This document shows positions 22,449 to 33,620 of a DNA stretch of 64,000 nucleotides, piece by piece. The first letter of the stretch is position 1, and each line of letters begins with the position of its first letter. The stretch covers positions 10,900 through 74,899 of the forward strand of contig CAVSDH010000001.1 of assembly GCA_963726765.1 (NCBI GenBank), written 5' to 3'. The notes under the pieces are model-generated. The model saw only the letters and a list, made by a program, of their open reading frames with translations, was not told the origin of the DNA and did no database searches. Position numbers and translations under genes: made by a program. This DNA is from an uncultured beta proteobacterium. Its GTDB lineage: Bacteria > Pseudomonadota > Gammaproteobacteria > Burkholderiales > Casimicrobiaceae.

Positions 22449-25082
22449 ATGGCGGAACGCGCAACCACCGGCATCGTCACCTTCCTGTTCACGGACATCG
22501 AGGGCAGCACGCGTCTCTGGGAGCAGCACCCCGAGCGGATGTCGGTCGCGCTCGCGCGGCACGATGCGCTCACGCGCGCTGCGGTCGAAGGCAATCGGGG
22601 TACTGTCGTGAAATCGTCCGGCGACGGCGCCCACGCGGCATTCGACGATCCTCTCGATGCGGTCCGCGCTGCCCTCGAGCTTCAGCGAGAGCTCGGGGGC
22701 GCGATCGCGTCGAGCGGCATCCCGCTCGACGTGCGCTGTGGCCTTCACCTCGGATTCGTCGAGCGTCGGGACAACGACTACTACGGCAAGGCGGTCAACC
22801 GGGCGGCCAGAATCATGGGCGCGGCGCACGGCGGGCAGGTGCTGCTTTCTCACGCGGTATCCGATCTCGTGCGCGATCGGCTGCCCGCTGCCGTGTCGGT
22901 GCGCGATCTCGGCGTCGTCCGCCTGCGCGACCTGACCGGTCCCGAGCGCGTGTATCAGCTCGTTGCACCCGGCCTGCGCCGCGAGTTTCCCGCGCTGCGC
23001 TCGCTTGAATCGCGACCCAACAATCTGCCGGCGCAGCTTACGTCGTTCATCGGCCGCCGGCACGAGCAGGCCGACGTCGCGAAGTTGCTGAACGGCACGC
23101 GGCTGCTCACGATGCTGGGCGTCGGGGGCATTGGGAAGACGCGCCTCTCGCTGCAGGTTGCGGCGGATGCGATGGAGGCCTACGACGACGGAGCGTGGTT
23201 CGTGGACCTCGCGACCGTGACCGATCCCACGCTCGTGCCCCAGGCCCTGGCGCGTGCGCTGGGCGTCCAGGAGCAGTCGGGTGCGCCAATGACCGAGACA
23301 CTGTGCACGCACTTGAGGACACGGGCCTCGCTGCTGGTTCTGGACAACTGCGAGCACCTGCTGGGCGCGTGCGCGGCGCTCGTCAACGCGATTCTCAAGG
23401 CGACGCGGGTCGTACGCATTCTGGCGAGCAGTCGCGAACCGCTGCACGTCGCGGGCGAGCGTACCTACGCATTGCGGCCCCTCTCGCTGCCCGCACCCGG
23501 GGAAGTCGGCAGCAAGCTCGGCCATTCGGAGGCCGTCCAGCTCTTCGTCGAGCGGGCGCAGATGAGGCAATCGTCGTTTGCGCTGACCGCGCATCTTGCG
23601 CCGATCGTCGCGAGCATTTGCAGCCGGCTCGACGGCATTCCGCTGGCGCTCGAACTCGCCGCCGCGCGCGTCGGCACGGTGCCCGTCGAAAAGATCGCCG
23701 AGCGGCTGGACGATCGGTTCCGCCTGCTCGCGGGCGGTGCGCGCGATGCGCTGCCACGCCAGCAGACGCTTAGAGCGATGATCGACTGGAGCTTCGACCT
23801 TCTCGACGACCGGGAAAGGGCGCTGTTTGCGCGGTTGTCCGCGTTTGCCGGCGGCTTTTCGCTCGAGGCGGCGGAAACCGTCGGCGCGGACGACGGCGTC
23901 GGGCAATCCGACGTCATCGAACTCCTGGTCGGTCTCACCGACAAATCGATCGTCGGGCTCGCCGACGACGGTGGACGCTATCGGATGCTGGAAACGATCC
24001 GCGAGTACGCGCGCGAGCGGCTCGGGGAAGGCGCCGAAGCGCACGCCGTCCTTCGCCGGCATCGCGACTGCTTTCTGGCGCTCGCGGAGGACGCCGAATC
24101 CGAGCTTGCCGGCGGACCCAGGCAGGCACACCGCCTCGCGCAGCTCGAACAGGAGCACGACAATCTCCGGGCCGCGATCCGGTGGAGCCTCGACGAGCCG
24201 GGTGGCGAGGCGGCGGCGAGGTTTTGCGGCGCGCTCTATCTCTTCTGGGTTCACCGCGGTCATTATCGGGAGGGCGTTCGCTGGTGCGAGGCGGCGCTCG
24301 CGCACGGCGCCGGCCGGATCGGGGATCCGGTCCGTGCGAAGGTGCTGCTCGGTGCCGGAACGCTCGCCATTCGCCTGGGTGATGCTCTCGCGGCCAAGGC
24401 ATCGCTCGAGCGCGCGCTCGACCTCAGCCGCGAAATGAACGACCGCGTGCTCGAAGCGCGCGTCCTCAACAATCTCGCCACTGCGGCCTTCGAGGTCCGG
24501 GATTTCGCCGCGGCGCAGTCGCTGCTCGAGCAGGCGGTTTCGCTCAATCGGGAACTCGGGGATCGCACGCGTGAAGTCATCTGCCTTGTCAATCTCGCCA
24601 ACGCGGCCTACAGCCTGGGCGATGTCATGGCGGTGACGGCGCCGCTCGAGCGCGCGATCGCCCTCAGTCGGTCCCTGGGATTGCGCGCACTGGAGAGCGA
24701 CGCTCTGGGGCACCTCGCGATGCAGGCCTATCACCGAGGCGACTACGACGATGCGCGGGCGCTGGGCGAAGCCGCCGTCGCGATGGACCGCGAAATCGGC
24801 GTCCGCAGTCACGAGGCCCAGAAGCTGCTGCGTCTCGCGCAGATCGCGATGGCGGCCGGAGATTTCGCAGGCGCGCGCGGACGGATGCGCGAGGCGCTGA
24901 CAGCTGATCGCGATCTCGAAAGCAGTGCCGGCCAAGCCGACGACTTGGACGAGGTCGCCAACCTGGCCGCCGAGCTGGGGCAGCATCGGCAGGGCGTCAT
25001 CTTCGCGGGAGCCGCGAATGCGCTGCGTGCCGCTACGGGTAGCGTCGTCGTGCCGGTGGATGCGGCGCGACACGCCCGCTAA
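22449..25082 (+). CDS. Class III adenylate/guanylate cyclase fused to a STAND (NB-ARC-like) ATPase and TPR array; ends at an in-frame TAA that looks premature
   Basis: ATG 22449 within ORF 21168..25082. Cyclase domain (VTFLFTDIEGSTRLWE, GDGAHAAF, GKAVNRAARI), Walker A (LGVGGIGKTRL), and multiple TPR-like repeats. Confidence 0.85.
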   Translation: MAERATTGIVTFLFTDIEGSTRLWEQHPERMSVALARHDALTRAAVEGNRGTVVKSSGDGAHAAFDDPLDAVRAALELQRELGGAIASSGIPLDVRCGLHLGFVERRDNDYYGKAVNRAARIMGAAHGGQVLLSHAVSDLVRDRLPAAVSVRDLGVVRLRDLTGPERVYQLVAPGLRREFPALRSLESRPNNLPAQLTSFIGRRHEQADVAKLLNGTRLLTMLGVGGIGKTRLSLQVAADAMEAYDDGAWFVDLATVTDPTLVPQALARALGVQEQSGAPMTETLCTHLRTRASLLVLDNCEHLLGACAALVNAILKATRVVRILASSREPLHVAGERTYALRPLSLPAPGEVGSKLGHSEAVQLFVERAQMRQSSFALTAHLAPIVASICSRLDGIPLALELAAARVGTVPVEKIAERLDDRFRLLAGGARDALPRQQTLRAMIDWSFDLLDDRERALFARLSAFAGGFSLEAAETVGADDGVGQSDVIELLVGLTDKSIVGLADDGGRYRMLETIREYARERLGEGAEAHAVLRRHRDCFLALAEDAESELAGGPRQAHRLAQLEQEHDNLRAAIRWSLDEPGGEAAARFCGALYLFWVHRGHYREGVRWCEAALAHGAGRIGDPVRAKVLLGAGTLAIRLGDALAAKASLERALDLSREMNDRVLEARVLNNLATAAFEVRDFAAAQSLLEQAVSLNRELGDRTREVICLVNLANAAYSLGDVMAVTAPLERAIALSRSLGLRALESDALGHLAMQAYHRGDYDDARALGEAAVAMDREIGVRSHEAQKLLRLAQIAMAAGDFAGARGRMREALTADRDLESSAGQADDLDEVANLAAELGQHRQGVIFAGAANALRAATGSVVVPVDAARHAR

Positions 25083-25244
25083 CGCGCGCGGTCGCGCGAG
25101 GCACTGGGCGAGGCAGGATTCGATTCGGCGTTTGCCATCGGTCGCGGGATGTCCGGAGGGGACGCAGTCACGGAAGCGCTCGGGTACCTGGGCCCCACGA
25201 ATGCCGGCGCACCCGGGCAAGGCGCGAACGGCGCCGCTCGATAA
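25083..25244 (+). other. In-frame continuation of the cyclase-STAND gene beyond TAA 25080-25082 (53 codons, conserved-looking C-terminal tail)
   Basis: The same frame reads RARSREALGEAGFDSAFAIGRGMSGGDAVTEALGYLGPTNAGAPGQGANGAAR, then TAA at 25242-25244. The ALGE..F..A...GR.MS...AV.EAL pattern is the usual tail of this protein family. Confidence 0.6.
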
Positions 25245-25282
25245 GGCGCAACACGGGCCGAATGTCGGGCGGCTCCCGCGCC

Positions 25283-25928
25283 TCAGCGCGGACCGGAGCT
25301 GTTTCGCCGTTCGCGAATGTAGGTGGCGAGCGCTGGAAGGAGCGACACCGCCACGATGCACAAGCACGATCAGCGTGAGATTGTGCTTGACCCAGGGAAT
25401 GTTGCCGAAAAGATAGCCCGCGTAGACGAGCGACGCGATCCAGGCGATGGCGCCGATCACGTTGTAGGACAGAAACCGGCGATAACTCATTCCGGCGACG
25501 CCGGCGAGGAAGGGCGCGAACGTGCGGATGATCGGCACGAAGCGGCCGATGATGATGGTGACTCCGCCGTACTTGTCATAGAACTCCTGCGTCCGCCGCA
25601 GGTGCTCTTTGCGAAACCAGCGCGAATCCGGCCTGTCGTAGACCCTCGGTCCGATGAAATGCCCGACGGAGTAGTTGACCGTGTCGCCGAGGATCGCCGC
25701 GGCGGCCAGCAGCGCGACCAGCGCGTGGACATTGAGATCCGCGGTTGCGACGACGGTTCCCGCGATGAAAAGGATCGAGTCGCCAGGCAGGAACGGGAAG
25801 ACGACGAGCCCCGTCTCCGCGAAGATGATGAGAAACAGGATCGCGTAGATCCAGTGGCCGTGCTGCGCCGCGAGCGCCGTGATCGAATCGTCGAGCGCCA
25901 GCAGCGAGTAGAGAAACGTCGTCATCAT
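25283..25928 (-). pseudogene. DedA-family membrane protein; frame broken near 25356-25362
   Basis: The N-terminal 188 aa (AETGLVVFPFLPGDSILF..., GRFVPIIRTFAPFLAGVAGM) are in one frame. The expected tail IVAVSLLPALATYIRERRNSSGPR* is in the adjacent frame and ends at TGA 25285-25283. The track ORF instead runs on antisense to the cyclase gene. Confidence 0.8.
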
Positions 25929-25970
25929 GGGCGCGCCGGGGCGGCCGCGGAACGCGGGGTCGATCCCGGG

Positions 25971-26906
25971 TCAGGGCAGGATCTTCTCGCCCCCGCCGGT
26001 GCGCTCGGGCTTGATCAGGTCCTCGCGCGATACGCCGAGCCACATGACGATGGGGGCCATCACCAGCACCGACGAGTAGATGCCGAAGCATATGCCGATC
26101 GTCAGCGCCAGCGCGAAGTAGTGAAGCGTTTCGCCGCCGAAGAACAGGATCGACAGCACCATCATCAACGTCATGCCGTGGGTGATGATGGTGCGCGAGA
26201 TCGTGCTCGTGATCGCGTTGTCGATCACGTGCGTCACCGTCGCCTTGCGCATCTTGCGGAAGTTCTCGCGGATCCGGTCGGCGATCACCACCGACTCGTT
26301 GACGGAATAGCCCAGCACCGCCAGAATCGCCGCGAGCACGGGCAGCGAGAACTCCCACTGGAACAGCGCGAAGAAGCCCAGGATGATGATGATGTCGTGC
26401 AGGTTGGCGATGATCGCCGCGACGGCGAAACGCCATTCGAAGCGCAGCGCGAGGTAGCCCATGATCCCGGCAGACACGAGCAGCAGCGCGAGCGCGCCGT
26501 TCTCGAAGAGTTCCTTGCCGACCTGGGGGCCGACGAATTCGACGCGCTGCTGCGCGGCCGACGGATCGTCGGCCTTCAGTACCGACATCACCTGCTCGGA
26601 CTGCTGCGCGCTGGAGACTCCTTCCTTCAGCGGAAGGCGGATGAGCGCGGTGTTGGAGCTGCCGAAGCTCTGCGCGGAGTATTCGCCGAGGTTCAGCTTG
26701 TCGATCGCCGCGCGAAGGTGGCCGAAGTCCACCGCCTTGGCGAAGGTCACCTCGATCACGGTGCCGCCGCGGAAGTCGACGCCGAAATTGAGTCCGCGCG
26801 TCGCGAGGAAGAACACGGCGAGCACGAACGTGGCGGCCGAGATCACGTTGAACGTGAGCGCGCGCCGCATGAACGGAATGTCGCGGCTGATGCGGAAGAA
26901 TTCCAT
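25971..26906 (-). CDS. secF: Protein translocase subunit SecF
   Basis: 311 aa starting MEFFRISRDIPFMRRALTFNVISAA..GLNFGVDFRGGT. It follows secD. Confidence 0.95.
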   Translation of the reverse strand: MEFFRISRDIPFMRRALTFNVISAATFVLAVFFLATRGLNFGVDFRGGTVIEVTFAKAVDFGHLRAAIDKLNLGEYSAQSFGSSNTALIRLPLKEGVSSAQQSEQVMSVLKADDPSAAQQRVEFVGPQVGKELFENGALALLLVSAGIMGYLALRFEWRFAVAAIIANLHDIIIILGFFALFQWEFSLPVLAAILAVLGYSVNESVVIADRIRENFRKMRKATVTHVIDNAITSTISRTIITHGMTLMMVLSILFFGGETLHYFALALTIGICFGIYSSVLVMAPIVMWLGVSREDLIKPERTGGGEKILP

Positions 26907-27031
26907 GGTCGGGGGGCGGAGGCGGAGAGTTCAGTCGGAAGTGTCGCCGCCGCGGACGAGCCGTGTCGCGTGCGGCGCGACGAATCGTGGAATCGTGGTG
27001 ACGGGCGACGGCCCGCGCGGCGCGGCGGCGG

Positions 27032-28894
27032 TCACTTGGCCGCCGCCGTGGCTGCCGCGGGCTGCCAGACCTGGCCGATCGAAATCTTCGAGAGGTGCTT
27101 GCGATTGCCGTAGATGAGGTTGACGATGCCGCGCGACACGAACACGGCCGAGAACATCGAGGTCATGATGCCGAGGCAGTGGACGACCGCGAAGCCGCGC
27201 ACCGGTCCCGTGCCGAAGATGAGGAGGGCGATGCCGGCGATGAGCGTCGTCACGTTGGAGTCGAGGATGGTGCCCCAGGCGCGCTCGTAGCCCGCGGAAA
27301 GCGCCGCATGGGGTGTCGCGCCCCAGCGGAGTTCCTCGCGGATGCGTTCGTTGATGAGCACGTTGGCGTCGATGGCCATGCCGAGCGTCAGCGCGATGGC
27401 GGCGATGCCGGGCAGCGTGAGGGTCGCCTGCAGCATCGACAGCAGGGCGATCAGCAGCAGAAGATTGATGGACAGCGCCACCGTGGAAATCACGCCCATC
27501 AGCAGGTAGTACGCGCACATGAAGCCCGCGAGGACGAGAAAACCGTAGGTCACCGAGTTGAATCCCTTGTCGATGTTCTCCTTGCCGAGGGACGGGCCGA
27601 CGGTGCGCTCCTCGACGATTTCCATCGGCGCCGCCAGTGCCCCCGCGCGCATCAGCAGGGCGATGTCGTTCGCTTCGCGCGTGTTCATCTGACCGCTGAT
27701 CTGGACCCGCCCGCCGCCGATTTCCTCGCGGATCACCGGCGCGGTGATCACTTCGGCCTTGCCCTTCTCGACCAGCACGATCGCCATCCGCTTGCCGACG
27801 TTCTCGCGCGTGATCTCCTTGAAGATGCGCGCGCCGCTGCCGTCGAGGTTGACGTGCACCGCGGCTTCGTTCGTGCGCTGGTCGAAGCCCGACTGCGCGT
27901 CGTTGATGCGGTCGCCGGTCAGCACGACCTGCCGGCGCACCAGCACCTTGCCGCCGTTGCGCTCGGTGAAGAGATCGCTGCCGAACGGCACCTGCCCGCC
28001 CACCGCCTGCTCGAGCGCCCCGGGGTCGTCGTTGACCATGCGTATCTCGAGCGAGGCCGTGCGGCCGAGGATGTCCTTGGCGCGCGCGGTGTCCTGCACG
28101 CCGGGAAGCTGCACCATCACGCGGTCGGAGCCCTGCTGCTGGACGATCGGCTCGGCGACGCCCAGCTCGTTGACGCGATTGCGCAGGATCGTGATGTTCT
28201 GCAGCACCGCGCCGTCCTGGATGCGCTTCTGCGCCTCCGGCTTCAGCGACGCGACGAGCCGCAGCTCGCCGGCGCCGGCGTCGGCGTCGCGCAGCGCGAG
28301 GTCGCCGTAGGTCTTCTCGATCTCGACGCGCGCCTTCGTCCGCTCGGCGTCATCCTTGAATCTGACGACGACGTTGGTGCCCTCGCGTCCGACGCCGCCG
28401 TAGAGGATCTTCTTCTCGCGCAGCAGCGAGCGGATGTCGGTCGTGTAGCGGTCCGCCGCCTTGTCGAGCGCCGCCTTCATGTCCACCTGCAGCAGGAAGT
28501 GCACGCCGCCTCGCAGGTCGAGGCCCAGATACATCGGCAACGCGCCGATCGACGCGAGCCAATGCGGCGACGACGACAGCAGGTTCAACGCGACGATGTA
28601 GTCGGGGCCGAGCTTGGCCTGGAGCAGATCCTTCGTCTTGAGCTGCGTGTCGGGATCGGGGAGCCGGATCTTGATGCCGGTCGAATCGAGCGCCGAGCCG
28701 CGGAATGGGATTGCCGCGGCCTTGAGCGCATCCTCGATGGTTCCCAGAAGCGCGGCGTCCACCTTTGTCGACGCCTTCGACGACGAGACCTGGACCGCGG
28801 GTACTTCCGGGAAAACGTTCGGCAGCGCAAAGACGATGCCGATGAGGAGCGCGGCCGCGATCAGCAGGTATTTCCAGAGGGGGTAGCGGTTCAT
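27032..28894 (-). CDS. secD: Protein translocase subunit SecD
   Basis: 620 aa starting MNRYPLWKYLLIAAALLIG. Large periplasmic domain and a C-terminal six-TM region, in yajC-secD-secF order. Confidence 0.95.
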   Translation of the reverse strand: MNRYPLWKYLLIAAALLIGIVFALPNVFPEVPAVQVSSSKASTKVDAALLGTIEDALKAAAIPFRGSALDSTGIKIRLPDPDTQLKTKDLLQAKLGPDYIVALNLLSSSPHWLASIGALPMYLGLDLRGGVHFLLQVDMKAALDKAADRYTTDIRSLLREKKILYGGVGREGTNVVVRFKDDAERTKARVEIEKTYGDLALRDADAGAGELRLVASLKPEAQKRIQDGAVLQNITILRNRVNELGVAEPIVQQQGSDRVMVQLPGVQDTARAKDILGRTASLEIRMVNDDPGALEQAVGGQVPFGSDLFTERNGGKVLVRRQVVLTGDRINDAQSGFDQRTNEAAVHVNLDGSGARIFKEITRENVGKRMAIVLVEKGKAEVITAPVIREEIGGGRVQISGQMNTREANDIALLMRAGALAAPMEIVEERTVGPSLGKENIDKGFNSVTYGFLVLAGFMCAYYLLMGVISTVALSINLLLLIALLSMLQATLTLPGIAAIALTLGMAIDANVLINERIREELRWGATPHAALSAGYERAWGTILDSNVTTLIAGIALLIFGTGPVRGFAVVHCLGIMTSMFSAVFVSRGIVNLIYGNRKHLSKISIGQVWQPAAATAAAK

Positions 28895-29032
28895 CGTTGA
28901 GCGTGGGGGTTCGGTTGGGCGTTCCGCGAGCGGCGATCCCTGTCGCGCGTTGCGTCCGGTTGCGGGTGTACGGCGAACGTCGGCGGGGGGCGTAGTCCCC
29001 GCGTCGAACGGGAAACTCCGGTCCGAGGTCGT

Positions 29033-29371
29033 TCAGAGATTCTTGATCGTGCCCTTCGGCAGCAGCTGCGCGACCGCGGCGCGCTGGACGGTCATCTCGA
29101 CGCCGGTCGCGATTTCCAGGCTGGCGTATTGCTCGCCCAGCTTGGAAATCCGGCCTACGACGCCGCCCGCAGTGACGACCTCGTCGCCCTTTTGCAGGGC
29201 AGCGAGCATAGCGCGCGCCTCCTTCGCCTTTTTCTGCTGCGGGCGGATCAGCAGAAAATAGAACACGACGAAAATGGCGACCATCGGCAGGAAGGAAATC
29301 AGGTCGCCGCCGAACAGCCCGGCGGGTGCGGACTGCGCGTACGCAGGGGTGATCAGGAAATCGAGCGGCAC
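29033..29371 (-). CDS. yajC: Preprotein translocase subunit YajC
   Basis: 112 aa, single TM, with the FYFLLIRPQQKKAKEARAMLAALQKGDEVVTAGGVVGRI motif. Apparent GTG start. Confidence 0.9.
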   Translation of the reverse strand: MPLDFLITPAYAQSAPAGLFGGDLISFLPMVAIFVVFYFLLIRPQQKKAKEARAMLAALQKGDEVVTAGGVVGRISKLGEQYASLEIATGVEMTVQRAAVAQLLPKGTIKNL

Positions 29372-29512
29372 GTGATGTTCCTCCGTGGTCGGGTGCGTCG
29401 TCGCGCAGACCGGGGTGTCGTCCCTTGCCGCCCCTCCTGCGCAGCTTTTGCGGACGCGATCGGGGCTGCAGACGGAAAGCCCTTCATTTTACCACGACGC
29501 GCGCGTCAGGGC

Positions 29513-31718
<2,206 letters not shown>

Positions 31719-31719
<1 letters not shown>

Positions 31720-31805
31720 GGTGCCCAGGGAGGGAATCGAACCCTCATGGCCTTGCGACCGGCAGATTTTGAGTCTGCTGCGTATACCAGTTCCGCCACC
31801 TGGGC
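31719..31805 (-). tRNA. tRNA-Leu (anticodon CAA), long variable arm, encoded CCA
   Basis: The minus strand reads GCCCAGGTGGCGGAACTGGTATACGCAGCAGACTCAAAATCTGCCGGTCGCAAGGCCATGAGGGTTCGATTCCCTCCCTGGGCACCA. Acceptor pairing is GCCCAGG/CCTGGGC, the anticodon stem-loop is GCAGA-CTCAAAA-TCTGC, and the T-arm is GGGTTCGATTCCC. Confidence 0.93.
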
Positions 31806-31849
31806 GCGCCACCGAGGGCACGGCGTTGCCGCGCGCCGGCAAAGACGGC

Positions 31850-31878
31850 ATTATCGCGGATTCGCGCGCCGCTGCGAA
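31850..31878 (-). promoter_or_regulatory. Putative sigma-70 promoter for the tRNA-Leu-queA-tgt transcript
   Basis: The minus strand reads TTCGCA-17 nt-GATAAT, about 44 nt upstream of the tRNA 5' end. Assigned by sequence pattern only. Confidence 0.35.
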
Positions 31879-31928
31879 GCGCCGGCTTCCGCGTGCGCCA
31901 ACGCGTGCATTGCCTGCGCTCCCCGCCG

Positions 31929-33493
31929 ATGACAACCGTCCGCAACGTGCTGTTCGTGATGTGCGATCAGCTGCGTCGTGATTTCGTTTCGTGCTACGGA
32001 GTATCGAAGGTCGAGACACCCAACATCGACCGGCTCGCCGCCCGCGGCGTGCGCTTCGACAACGCGTTCGTCCAGGCGGGAGTGTGCGGTCCCGCACGCA
32101 TGTCCTACTACACCGGACGATACGTCAATTCGCACGGCGCGACGTGGAATCGCGTTCCGCTGTCCGCGGCGGAACTGACGCTCGGCGACTATCTTCGCGC
32201 GGCGGGGCGCACCGCGGCGCTCGCGGGCAAGACGCACGTGCTCCCCGACACGGCCGCGCTGTCGCGGCTCGGCATCGAGATCGAATCGGAACGGGGTGCG
32301 CTGCTGCGCGAGGGCGGCTTTGTCGTCGTCGATCGGTATGACGGGCACTCGCCGCCCGGCCAGGAGTCGGGCTATGCGGACTGGCTGCGCGCGCGGGGCT
32401 ACGAAAGCACCGATCCCTGGTCCGACTTCGTGGTCTCGGCGGTCGACGGCCATCGCGTCGTTTCCGGCTGGAGCATGCGCAATGCGCACCTTCCCGCGCG
32501 AGTGGAGGAGCGCCATTCCGAGACGGCCTACATGACGGACCTCGCGCTCGACTGGATTCGCGCGCAGGGCCGGCCCCATGGGTGCTGCACCTCTCGTACG
32601 TGAAACCGCATTGGCCGTACCTCGCGCCGGCGCCGTTCCACAGGATGTTCCGCGCGAGAGATACGGGCCCGATACTGCGCGGACCACAGGACGGCACCGC
32701 CGACGAGCATCCGGTCGTCCGCGCCTATCGCGAGCACGACGAATGCCGCAGTTTCGCGAGGGAGGAAGTCGTGCGGCACGTGCGGCCCGCCTACATGGGC
32801 CTGATTGCGCAGGTCGACTTTCACATCGGACGCGTTCTGGACGCGCTCAAGTCGATCGGACGGATGCGCGACACGCTGATCGTCTTCACGTCGGACCACG
32901 GCGAGTTCGCCGGCGACCGCGGATTGGGCGAAAAGGAGCTTCTCTACGACGAGATCGTCCGCGTCCCCCTGATCGTCGCGGACCCCGATCCGCGCGCGGA
33001 CGCAACGCGCGGCAAGGCGGAGGCGCGATTCGTGGAAGGCGTGGACGTCCTGCCGACGATCGTCGAGTCGCTCGGCATTGGAGCCGCGCGGCACCGGGTC
33101 GAGGGCCGATCGCTGCTTCCGCTCCTGCGCGGCGAAAATGTGCCGGAGTGGCGCGACGCCGCGTTCTCGGAACTCGACTACGGATTTCGCGGCGCGCGCC
33201 GGGTGCTGAATCGCGGCGTGCGCGAGTGCCGCGCATTCATGGCGCGTACGGAAGACTGGAAGTACGTGCACTGGGAAGGCTTCCGGGCGCAGCTATTCGA
33301 TCTCGCCGCCGATCCCCGCGAGCAGCGCGACCTCGGCGCCGCGCCGGAATTCGCGGCGATCCGGACCCGTATGCGTGAACGGCTCTTCGACTGGCTTGCG
33401 GCCAGCAAGCGTCGTACCACGGTCGACGATTCGCTGGTCGAGGCACGCACCGATTCGCATCGGGCGCACGGCATCCACATCGGCATCTGGTGA
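31929..33493 (+). pseudogene. Sulfatase-family hydrolase (formylglycine type); frame broken at the C4 run 32574-32577
   Basis: The N-terminal part has [10 protein letters not shown] and the CxPxR motif ([15 protein letters not shown]). After ...DWIRAQGRP the conserved PWVLHLSYVKPHWPY...FTSDHGEF continues in ORF 32582..33493. One extra C would restore the frame. Confidence 0.8.
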
Positions 33494-33620
33494 CGATCGT
33501 GCGATGCGAGGCCGTTGCATGGGCATGCGGCACCGCATCGGGTATCCTGTCTTGTCGCGACGACGGCGGCCGGGACGACCGCATCGCGGACGGCACGGAC
33601 ACTATTCGGAGGAAGCGGTG

